Virus record (IMG/VR): IMGVR_UViG_2579778622_000013
Span: 1 to 41,088 of that record
Reading direction: 5' to 3' (one strand)
Length of the DNA: 41,088 bases
Origin: a virus
Taxonomy: Duplodnaviria > Heunggongvirae > Uroviricota > Caudoviricetes
The notes beneath the pieces are model-generated. The model did no database searches and was not told the DNA's origin. It was given only the letters and a program-made list of their open reading frames with translations. Made by a program: the position numbers and the translations under genes. Numbering within the stretch: the stretch's first letter is position 1; every line of letters begins with the position of its first letter. Shown piece after piece: positions 33,943 to 41,088 of the stretch.

Positions 33943-34671
33943 ATGGAAGTTTTCTGGATAGTTGTTGGTGTGGTTGCGGTGATTATTTACGTTATCAACC
34001 AGAACAAGACTAAGATCTCTGATCGTACGGTCGTTAATCATAACAAAACGATAAAGACCGAAGATGGGGAGATAACGATTAATCGTACACAGGTGATAGA
34101 ACACACCTCTACTCAGTTTCAAAAAACTGGAGGTAATGCGCCTAATATTTCCGCACCTCCTGCTTATGATAGTGCGGTAATCCAGACATATTATAAACAG
34201 CAGGAGTTAGCAAAAGAGAGGCAACTGATTCAGCCAAAGCCATTTACAGCAGAGCTTCCACCTGGAGTGTCAACGCGTCCGGCATATCATGGAAGATTCC
34301 CTGGTGATGACACATCGTCTCAGTCACCTAAAAAAGCACCTCAGGCAGTATCAGAGCCAGCAAGAATACCTTCTGTATCGCCGCCAAAAGAAGAATCAGC
34401 TAACAGAGTTTCAAGTGGTAGCAAGCAGTGCTTGCGATGCAGAATAAATCTTCCATATGAAAAATTCAGGAAATCGTCAAAAAATCCAGATGGATTGACT
34501 AAGTGGTGTGCAAGGTGTCTCGATGGCCCAAAGAATACACGCCATATGAAGTGGTGCCCAATTTGTAATGTCCGCAGAAAACGAACAAGCTTTTACCCTA
34601 ATAATCAAAATGCGGACGGCTTAATGGCATGGTGCAAAACGTGCTGGGATGAGCACAAAGCGAAACGATAG
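33943..34671 (+). CDS. Membrane-anchored protein with tandem CxxC zinc-ribbon repeats
   Basis: N-terminal TM helix VFWIVVGVVAVIIYVI; two repeats C-x2-C..DGL..WC-x2-C at the C-terminus. Confidence 0.6.
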   Translation: MEVFWIVVGVVAVIIYVINQNKTKISDRTVVNHNKTIKTEDGEITINRTQVIEHTSTQFQKTGGNAPNISAPPAYDSAVIQTYYKQQELAKERQLIQPKPFTAELPPGVSTRPAYHGRFPGDDTSSQSPKKAPQAVSEPARIPSVSPPKEESANRVSSGSKQCLRCRINLPYEKFRKSSKNPDGLTKWCARCLDGPKNTRHMKWCPICNVRRKRTSFYPNNQNADGLMAWCKTCWDEHKAKR

Positions 34672-34694
34672 GCCGCTCTTGCGGCCTTTAAATT
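34671..34694 (+). terminator. Rho-independent terminator
   Basis: GGCCGC-TCTT-GCGGCC then TTTAAATTT. Confidence 0.55.
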
Positions 34695-34951
34695 TACCGG
34701 GTTTGTTTTCGTAATTGTTCGGCACAATAGTCGAGATGTGTTTGCAGATCCCGCATAGACATCTGTGAGCTGGTGACGTAGTTAATCAGTGCAGTCAGTT
34801 CGGCAAGTGGGCCATCGACATTAAATCCATCCTTATCGAGATCCCGGAGTAATTTCATCAAGTGCGATCCCTCCACCAGTGACCTGACGCCTCCCGGCGT
34901 GTGAATCCTTTCGGTAAATCCGTCTTCCAGTGGATAGTGATACCGCTGCAT
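34694..34951 (-). CDS. Small protein homologous to the antirepressor C-terminal domain; LexA-boxed (candidate SOS antirepressor)
   Basis: 85 aa from ATG 34951 with GGAGA RBS; TPGGVRSLVEGSHLMKLLRDLDKDGFNVDGPLAELT..MRDLQTHLDY parallels the Ant C-terminus SPSGVLGLTENSLLMNLLNQLQDDGHDVSGAAAELT..LRDIQTHAEY. Confidence 0.6.
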   Translation of the reverse strand: MQRYHYPLEDGFTERIHTPGGVRSLVEGSHLMKLLRDLDKDGFNVDGPLAELTALINYVTSSQMSMRDLQTHLDYCAEQLRKQTR

Positions 34952-34972
34952 CTTATCTTCTCCATGCAATAA

Positions 34973-34988
34973 CTGTATATTTATACAG
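34973..34988. promoter_or_regulatory. LexA (SOS) box CTGTATATTTATACAG
   Basis: Matches CTGT-N8-ACAG with AT-rich spacer; 22 nt upstream of the 34951 start codon. Confidence 0.65.
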
Positions 34989-35027
34989 TATCAAATAATT
35001 TGTTTGCTATCCAGCACGTTTTGCAAA

Positions 35028-35042
35028 TCACCTGAAAGGTAA
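35028..35042. promoter_or_regulatory. Operator-like palindrome TCACCTGAAAGGTAA
   Basis: Dyad in the divergent region between the small SOS gene and the tailspike. Confidence 0.4.
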
Positions 35043-35146
35043 TATCTATTCGTATTTACAGTCTTTCTATCCATATGTGGTTTTTCAGGTAATAGAATAA
35101 CCAGATATGCGGCGCAACGGGCGCTGCGACTATCTGGAGATTTAAC

Positions 35147-37462
35147 ATGACGGTCTCAACCGAAGTTAACCACAACGAATACACAGGTAACGGCGTTACG
35201 ACATCGTTTCCGTATACTTTTCGAATTTTCAGAAAATCAGACCTGGTTGTTCAGGTGTCTGACCTGAACGGGAACGTAACAGAATTGGTTCTGGATACCG
35301 GTTATACGGTAACTGGGGCGGGCACTTATAGTGGCGGTTCAGTGGTTCTGCCGTCTCCGCTTGCTGCTGGCTGGCGAATTACGATAGATCGTGTGCTTGA
35401 TGTAGTGCAGGAGACAGATCTTCGCAATCAGGGAAAATTTTTCCCCGAAGTGCATGAAGATGCTTTTGACTACCTGACGATGCTGATCCAGCAATGTTTT
35501 GGGTGGTTCAGACGTGCATTGATGAAACCATCTTTGCTTGCAAAATATTACGATGCAAAGCAAAACAAAATTTCTAACCTTGCAGATCCATCACTTGAGC
35601 AGGACGCTGTAAATAATCGCTCAATGCGTAATTATGTCGATGCTGCAATCGCCGGGGTTGTTGGTGGTTTTGGTTGGTTTATTCAGTATGGTTCTGGAGC
35701 AGTATACCGAACGTTCCAGGATAAGATGAGAGACACCGTTAGTGTTCGCGATTTTGGGGCAAAAGGCGATGGTATAACAGATGATACATCTGCATTGATC
35801 CTGGCTGCAGAATATGCACGAGAATCATCCAGAACATTACGAGCGGAAGGTAATTTTATTATTACGGAGACATTAAATCTTCGTAATGTCAGCCTCGAAA
35901 TGACCAATGCTGTTTTTACCATATCCCACTCAGGAATAGGGGTATTGCTTGGCGGGAATGCATCAAACCCTAACAACCCAAGACAAAACTTCGGAACGAT
36001 TATCAGAAATTCTGGTATTTCATCTGAAACGACACCGGATATTCGTATTATCGGGGCAAAAGGGCAGCATATAAACATTGAGCGTTGCGACTACTTACAG
36101 TTATATGCAAATTATAATGCTTCGGTGGCATCGACGGATTATTCAATAGCATACTCAACCTTTAACCTGAAAAAGGTCGATACAATTCATTTTCTTGGAG
36201 TTGAGAAAGGATGGATAAATGAAAACTATTTTTATCTGAATCGTACGAATAATATCATTTTCGCTGATAATCCATATCATCATAACCACAATAAGTTTTA
36301 TGGTGGAACTATGGAGGGGGCAGGTAAAATTGATATTCAAAGAGGTGATAACAATTACTTCTACGGGTTTCGTTTTGAACGAGATCCATCATCCCAAACT
36401 AACCAACAGTTGATAATTAACTTTGGTGAATATACGTGGAATAACTCAATTGAAGCTACATGGTTAAGTTCTCCTTACTATACAAATGAGCCATACAATC
36501 CATCACCTTACACTTATGTCGAGGTAACTGATAATGGCAAGGGGAATGCAGTATTTCATATTCAGGAAAATATATCCGATGAAGTAACATTGTTTTCTTT
36601 AAATGCTAACACCCCATTTATATCCAGTGCTAACAATGGAGAAGTTGGTGTATTAGCATTTCAAACAGATGTAGATGGTTTATATAATATCCGTCACCTG
36701 GTTTCTTCTAAGTTTGCTTTTATGCGGAATTTTGGGTTGTTATGGGAATCTGGAGATGTACCAGTAAGAAATGGTGATATGTTTACATTCTCAGCAGATA
36801 CGGCATCGTTTCGCATTTACCTGTATGCATTAGATGGAGATGGGAATGTCATAACTTCACAAACAGAAGCAATAACTTCTTCTATGCAATGGGATTCATC
36901 TAACCATAGATATGCTACTGTTGCTAACATTTCTTCCATTAAGATCAGGATTAATAATGAAGGGGTTCCAGTTAGTGCAATTCGTTTAGCTGTGTATTCT
37001 GGTGGTAATGTAGCGAATACTGCATTTTCATGGCTATGCTTAACTGGTAGATATTACAAAAATAGCACATCCTTGCCAAGGAAAAGCAAAGATAACTTCA
37101 CCTTAAAACAAGGAAAAGCAATTACTTATTATAGTGATACTGATATTAGTATGGCTAACATTGGTTCAGGAATTACCTGTTATAAAACCGATTTATCTGA
37201 ACTCAAAATTAATCTTGTAAGGGGCAGGTATTTAGTGAAATCAATTTCAGGCAGTGAAATATATGTATACCAAGGAACAGTCACTTATTACCCTCCATTC
37301 AGTGATGTCAAATTGGTATATACGGATGGGGTTGAAAATAAATTATTAGATGTGCAAAACATCTCTTCAGAAAAGATTACTCTTGCAGATACAGTACCAT
37401 CAGCTATATCTGCAGGTGATTTTGTAGATATTATTGTTACAAAGACGAAATCTATTTTATGA
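35147..37462 (+). CDS. Tailspike with N-terminal particle-binding domain and pectate-lyase-like beta-helix (polysaccharide depolymerase)
   Basis: 771 aa; N-terminal segment ..RNQGKFFPEVHEDAFDYLT..; VSVRDFGAKGDGITDDTSAL pectate-lyase-superfamily hallmark; AT-rich C-terminal two-thirds. Confidence 0.85.
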   Translation: MTVSTEVNHNEYTGNGVTTSFPYTFRIFRKSDLVVQVSDLNGNVTELVLDTGYTVTGAGTYSGGSVVLPSPLAAGWRITIDRVLDVVQETDLRNQGKFFPEVHEDAFDYLTMLIQQCFGWFRRALMKPSLLAKYYDAKQNKISNLADPSLEQDAVNNRSMRNYVDAAIAGVVGGFGWFIQYGSGAVYRTFQDKMRDTVSVRDFGAKGDGITDDTSALILAAEYARESSRTLRAEGNFIITETLNLRNVSLEMTNAVFTISHSGIGVLLGGNASNPNNPRQNFGTIIRNSGISSETTPDIRIIGAKGQHINIERCDYLQLYANYNASVASTDYSIAYSTFNLKKVDTIHFLGVEKGWINENYFYLNRTNNIIFADNPYHHNHNKFYGGTMEGAGKIDIQRGDNNYFYGFRFERDPSSQTNQQLIINFGEYTWNNSIEATWLSSPYYTNEPYNPSPYTYVEVTDNGKGNAVFHIQENISDEVTLFSLNANTPFISSANNGEVGVLAFQTDVDGLYNIRHLVSSKFAFMRNFGLLWESGDVPVRNGDMFTFSADTASFRIYLYALDGDGNVITSQTEAITSSMQWDSSNHRYATVANISSIKIRINNEGVPVSAIRLAVYSGGNVANTAFSWLCLTGRYYKNSTSLPRKSKDNFTLKQGKAITYYSDTDISMANIGSGITCYKTDLSELKINLVRGRYLVKSISGSEIYVYQGTVTYYPPFSDVKLVYTDGVENKLLDVQNISSEKITLADTVPSAISAGDFVDIIVTKTKSIL

Positions 37463-37496
37463 AGTGTTTATTTATCCTTATGTTAAAGGAGCGATA

Positions 37497-37781
37497 ATGG
37501 ATATAACACCTTTCCTTCATGCGTTTTGTGCTGTGGCTGCGCAGGTACTGATTGGCCTTTTTACCGGAAACTGGGCTTACGGAGCGATAGCTGGTTGTAC
37601 GTTCTTCATTGCGCGTGAACACACCCAGGCAGAATATCGCTGGATTGAAATGTTCGGGCATGGCAAGCGTATGAATATGCCGTGGTGGGGAGGTTTTGAT
37701 CCGCGCGTATGGGATGTTGGAAGCCTGTTTGACTTTGTTGTTCCTGTTACTGTTTGTTTTGGTGTTTATTTCTATATTTGA
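37497..37781 (+). CDS. Small membrane protein of unknown function
   Basis: 95 aa, hydrophobic segments, AAGGAG RBS; between tailspike and lysis genes. Confidence 0.5.
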   Translation: MDITPFLHAFCAVAAQVLIGLFTGNWAYGAIAGCTFFIAREHTQAEYRWIEMFGHGKRMNMPWWGGFDPRVWDVGSLFDFVVPVTVCFGVYFYI

Positions 37782-37990
37782 CTGCTACCGCGCCATTTGA
37801 TGGCGCGGAATTCAACTAAGCCTCTATATTTTAAATAATTTCTGTACTGCAATCTCTTCAGAGTTATGTAAAAGGCGAGCCTTATTATCGACATCAAAGG
37901 CAGGGGATTTACGATGCTAGGGTAACAAAAAACCATAAATGGTTTATCATGCATGATGCTTTACTATTTAGGGGGTCGTTATGCATATAA

Positions 37991-38407
37991 ATGGTGGAAA
38001 ATATGTCAGCTCAACTAACCAGTGAAACATTAAATCAGTGGCTTAGCATGAGTTCTCTGGCGGCGGTGATAGCAGGAGTGCCTCCTGAGGTTGCTTTGGG
38101 AGCTTTGGCTGGCGCGGTAATTTTTGTTACCTCTGCGGTAGAGTACCCAATTCGTCGTCGCGTACTCTTGTCGATGCTTAGTTTTCTCTGCGGACTTCTT
38201 TTCTACAAACCAGCAGCATCAATTCTTATCGGCATAGCCAGCCTGATACCTACCATCACGCAGGACTCTTTCGAGAAAGGGATTGTTTTCTCTGCTGGCG
38301 CATTTGTGTCAGCAATCGTCGCAGTACGAATTGGCATCTGGCTCTATCACCGTTCCGATAACCCACGCGAGTTAATTCCGGGGAGAAAAGAAGATGGTAA
38401 CGCATGA
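37991..38407 (+). CDS. Holin-like multi-TM membrane protein
   Basis: 138 aa with about four hydrophobic helices; two in-frame Met codons (M1, M5); upstream of endolysin. Confidence 0.45.
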   Translation: MVENMSAQLTSETLNQWLSMSSLAAVIAGVPPEVALGALAGAVIFVTSAVEYPIRRRVLLSMLSFLCGLLFYKPAASILIGIASLIPTITQDSFEKGIVFSAGAFVSAIVAVRIGIWLYHRSDNPRELIPGRKEDGNA

Positions 38408-38702
38408 GTTTTTTTTGCTTATCACTAATGCAGTTATTTGCACTGGCATAGCAATTCGCGTTGTCACATTCCGGCGTAACGGCTCTCAACATCGAAGGTG
38501 GGGAGGATGGCTTGCTTATTTCCTGATTGTTGCTGCGGCCAGTATTCCTGTTCGAGTCGCCTATGCAATCTGGTTACGTACGCCAATGGCTGTGGATTTA
38601 TCTGAGGTCATTATCAACGCTGTCATGCTGGCTGCGGTTATTAAAACGCGCGGTAACGTCGTTCAAATTTTTAAAGTATCGAGGTCTAAACATGGAGATT
38701 AA
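38394..38702 (+). CDS. Holin-like membrane protein
   Basis: 102 aa, three hydrophobic helices, basic C-terminus; overlaps endolysin start. Confidence 0.5.
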   Translation: MVTHEFFLLITNAVICTGIAIRVVTFRRNGSQHRRWGGWLAYFLIVAAASIPVRVAYAIWLRTPMAVDLSEVIINAVMLAAVIKTRGNVVQIFKVSRSKHGD

Positions 38703-39321
38703 ACAATTCCAGCGAGCTGCTGGTATCAGCGAGGCACTGGCCGCACGCTGGTTCTCGCATATAACTTCTGCGATGAAAGAGTTTGGTATCAGCAAAGCAG
38801 AAGATCAGGCAATGTTTATTGCTCAAGTCGGGCATGAGTCTGGGGGCTTCACCAGGTTGCAGGAGAATTTCAACTACAGTGTCAGCGGACTGGCTAACTT
38901 CGTTCGGGCTGGGCGTCTCACTCAGGGGCAGGCTAATGCACTGGGGCGCCGTGCTGGTGAACCACCATTGCCACTTGAGCGCCAGCGCGCGATCGCAAAT
39001 CTGGTATACAGCAAACGCATGGGGAACAATGCCCCTGGTGATGGCTGGAATTACCGAGGGCGCGGACTTATCCAGATTACCGGTTTGAATAACTATCGTG
39101 ATTGCGGAAACGGTCTGAAGGTTGACCTGCTGGAGAGCCCTGAACTGCTGGCGCAGGACGAATATGCGGCTCGTAGCGCGGCGTGGTTCTTCGCCAGCAA
39201 AGGATGCATGAAGTATACCGGCGATATTGCACGTGTAACTCTGATTATCAATGGTGGCCGGAACGGCATCGACGACCGGCGAGCGCGGTACATCACTGCC
39301 AGTAAGGTGCTGGCGGTATGA
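38692..39321 (+). CDS. Endolysin, glycoside hydrolase family 19 (chitinase-like lysozyme)
   Basis: [21 protein letters not shown] ... [16 protein letters not shown] signature of GH19 endolysins. Confidence 0.85.
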   Translation: MEIKQFQRAAGISEALAARWFSHITSAMKEFGISKAEDQAMFIAQVGHESGGFTRLQENFNYSVSGLANFVRAGRLTQGQANALGRRAGEPPLPLERQRAIANLVYSKRMGNNAPGDGWNYRGRGLIQITGLNNYRDCGNGLKVDLLESPELLAQDEYAARSAAWFFASKGCMKYTGDIARVTLIINGGRNGIDDRRARYITASKVLAV

Positions 39322-39800
39322 TCTGGGCATTCGTAAAAGCATACTGGAAACAGTTGATTATCGTGGCAGTGCTTGCTGTTCTGGTCATATCAGGAGTTGT
39401 TGCCTGGAATATACACGGCAGTCGCCAGTACGATGCCGGGTATGCTCAGGCGGAAGAAGACCGCAAAGCCGAAGAAGACAAAGTTCGTCAGTACTACGAA
39501 CAGGAGAAAGTGACCAATGAACGTGAAGCTCAGCAGAGGATCGACCAGGCGCGCAATGATGCTCTTGATGCTGCCGCTAGCGCTGGCCGGTTGCAGCAAC
39601 AACTCTTTGCCATCCGTGAGCAGCTCAGGCAGTATAACGCCATTGTCGGCGCTGGGTCGTCAGCCGCAGACACCGGAGTTTTGCTTGCCGACGTGCTCAG
39701 CAAATCTCTCGAGAGAAACAGACAACTGGCAGAGTATGCTGACCGGGCAGCCGAAGCCGGAAGAGTCTGCGAAAAACAGTACGACACTTTGACCAGATAG
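39318..39800 (+). CDS. Rz: Rz-like inner-membrane spanin
   Basis: N-terminal TM helix then coiled coil; directly after endolysin; contains embedded +1-frame lipoprotein gene. Confidence 0.8.
   Translation: MIWAFVKAYWKQLIIVAVLAVLVISGVVAWNIHGSRQYDAGYAQAEEDRKAEEDKVRQYYEQEKVTNEREAQQRIDQARNDALDAAASAGRLQQQLFAIREQLRQYNAIVGAGSSAADTGVLLADVLSKSLERNRQLAEYADRAAEAGRVCEKQYDTLTR
39556..39792 (+). CDS. Rz1: Rz1-like outer-membrane lipoprotein spanin, embedded in Rz
   Basis: [14 protein letters not shown] lipobox, Pro-rich mature part, entirely inside the Rz gene in another frame. Confidence 0.75.
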   Translation: MMLLMLPLALAGCSNNSLPSVSSSGSITPLSALGRQPQTPEFCLPTCSANLSRETDNWQSMLTGQPKPEESAKNSTTL

Positions 39801-39951
39801 CATGGCATTTTTCATGGTACTGATTTCCGGTGACGGTATATAAAACGGTACGGGAAAAATTGAGATTTGGAAAAATGTTATCACTCAATTGGTTATGGTT
39901 ATCGTAAATAATTGAGTGGGAATGATTTGACCCTGCACTATGAATGAACAA

Positions 39952-39981
39952 AACCCTCTGTTACTACAGAGGGTTTTTTAT
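39952..39981. terminator. Bidirectional Rho-independent terminator at prophage/host junction
   Basis: 9-bp stem AACCCTCTG/CAGAGGGTT flanked by A-run and T-run. Confidence 0.65.
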
Positions 39982-40017
39982 CTTCAAGAATTATAGGATT
40001 GAAGTTACTAACATCGA

Positions 40018-40557
40018 TTAATTAAACCAGCTGTCCGATTTGTTCTCTTCTGCTTTGCCCACGCTTTTCATCAGATCGCGACCGCCTTCAGTCATATTTC
40101 TGTTGGCGTCAGCTTCAGATTGCACCACATCGGTTTGCGCAGCTTTGTGCTTCAGTTCCTGATCGATAAATTCGTTTTCTCGCTTAACGCGGGCTTCTTC
40201 TTTCGCCAGCGCCAGTTTTTGTTTCTGAATCTCTAAGCTGCGTAGCTCATCTTCATAACTTTGATCGCGTTTTTTGTCCGCAGAGGCTTCGGCGTCCAGT
40301 TTATCCTGACGAGCTTTCTTATTTGCCGCTGCCGTTGCCGCTCTTTTGTTAGCGGCGGCCTGGGCATTTGCGCGACGTTGCTTCTCTTGCTGGATTTCCC
40401 TGTTGCGCTCCGCGACCCATTCGTCATGCTGCCTTTGCTCTTCATTTTTACCTTGCTGTTCCGCTTCTGCGACAGCAGAGAGTTGATCCTGCAATGATGA
40501 GGCGATAGCCGGATAGCTTAAGGAGGCTAAGATGGCGCAAAGAAAAACTTTCTTCAT
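40018..40557 (-). CDS. Host-like periplasmic coiled-coil protein (signal peptide, Lys/Ala/Glu-rich)
   Basis: MKKVFLCAILASLSYPAIASS signal peptide; charged coiled-coil body; lies beyond the terminator. Confidence 0.55.
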   Translation of the reverse strand: MKKVFLCAILASLSYPAIASSLQDQLSAVAEAEQQGKNEEQRQHDEWVAERNREIQQEKQRRANAQAAANKRAATAAANKKARQDKLDAEASADKKRDQSYEDELRSLEIQKQKLALAKEEARVKRENEFIDQELKHKAAQTDVVQSEADANRNMTEGGRDLMKSVGKAEENKSDSWFN

Positions 40558-40572
40558 GACTCCTCCTGATTA

Positions 40573-41088
40573 TTAGCTCTTTTCAGGACATTTGGTATTT
40601 GGCTGAATACGCGTTTCGTTATACGTCGTGGTAATAACAACGGCTAAACCTGTCGTAAACTGGCACTCTTTACCCACCTGGGTAGAGGTATACACTTTGG
40701 TGCCTTCCTTATAGGTTAAAGAAACACCTTCCACTAAGGTTTTATCATTCACCATAGAACCCGCTGCCGCGCCTACAGCTCCGCCGCCAACTGCACCTGC
40801 CGTCGTTCCGGAATTGCTGCCAGACCCGACGTTGTGGCCGATAACACCGCCAGCGACTGCGCCAATAAGCGCGCCGAAGGCTTGTGCGTTCCGTTTATTT
40901 TGGGAGTTGTCTACGGCAACTTTTGCGGGAAGAATGGAAATAATATTAACGGTTTTAGTTTCTTGTTTGGTATTCAGTTGATCGGTTTGATAAACATCGG
41001 CAGCATGATCGTCAGCATTTGACTGGCATCCTGCCAGAGTGAATGACGCTAACATTGCCACAGGCAGAAGACATTTTTTAAATTTCAT
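40573..41088 (-). CDS. Host-like lipoprotein with glycine-zipper segment
   Basis: Lipobox LAGC; GALIGAVAGGVIGH glycine zipper; ATG coincides with window end. Confidence 0.6.
   Translation of the reverse strand: MKFKKCLLPVAMLASFTLAGCQSNADDHAADVYQTDQLNTKQETKTVNIISILPAKVAVDNSQNKRNAQAFGALIGAVAGGVIGHNVGSGSNSGTTAGAVGGGAVGAAAGSMVNDKTLVEGVSLTYKEGTKVYTSTQVGKECQFTTGLAVVITTTYNETRIQPNTKCPEKS

Larger units (their letters stand above)
1..39950. mobile_element. Integrated temperate prophage, lambdoid early region plus T7-like podovirus virion module; right end approximate
   Basis: Contiguous phage modules from integrase (1) to spanins (39800); host-like lipoprotein genes begin at 40018; left att site would lie upstream of the window. 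Confidence 0.8.

Noticed and set aside
1-41088. CRISPR arrays, insertion sequences or transposases
   Set aside because: No repeat-spacer periodicity and no transposase-like ORF were seen; the only regular repeats are the replication iterons and the operator-like dyads.

Overview
The window is almost entirely one ~40 kb temperate prophage (1 to ~39,950) followed by two host-like periplasmic/lipoprotein genes (40,018-41,088). All calls below come from reading the sequence and the ORF track by eye; no database search, alignment or RNA folding was run, so family assignments rest on remembered motifs and synteny. Layout left to right: tyrosine integrase; a minus-strand early-left operon (MT-A70 N6-adenine methyltransferase, AlpA-like regulator, RecT-like recombinase, PD-(D/E)XK exonuclease); an immunity region with a non-cleavable repressor, three operators and a divergent cro-like gene; lambda O-like and P-like replication genes with iterons inside the O-like gene; a nin-like block containing a TGT-fold (DpdA-like) protein; terminase small and large subunits; an AT-rich moron plus an embedded tRNA-Arg(UCU); a T7-like virion module (portal, scaffold, capsid, tubular and internal virion proteins); an accessory island with a Bro-N antirepressor; a tailspike with a pectate-lyase-like beta-helix; and a lysis cassette (holin-like proteins, GH19 endolysin, Rz with embedded Rz1). 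The most interesting signals are regulatory rather than a single new gene: (1) a 15-bp palindrome TTACC-N5-GGTAA at 14 positions, three of them between repressor and cro, the rest in front of almost every operon; (2) a near-consensus LexA box in front of an 85-aa gene homologous to the C-terminal domain of the antirepressor, pointing to SOS-driven antirepressor induction; (3) a ~290-nt antirepressor leader with an internal terminator and three mutually complementary 9-mers; (4) the DpdA-like protein, suggesting 7-deazaguanine DNA modification. No CRISPR array, transposase or rRNA was seen. The function of the uncharacterised moron proteins (13,928-14,746; 31,176-32,688; 33,943-34,671) remains open; any of them could be a defence or superinfection-exclusion determinant.
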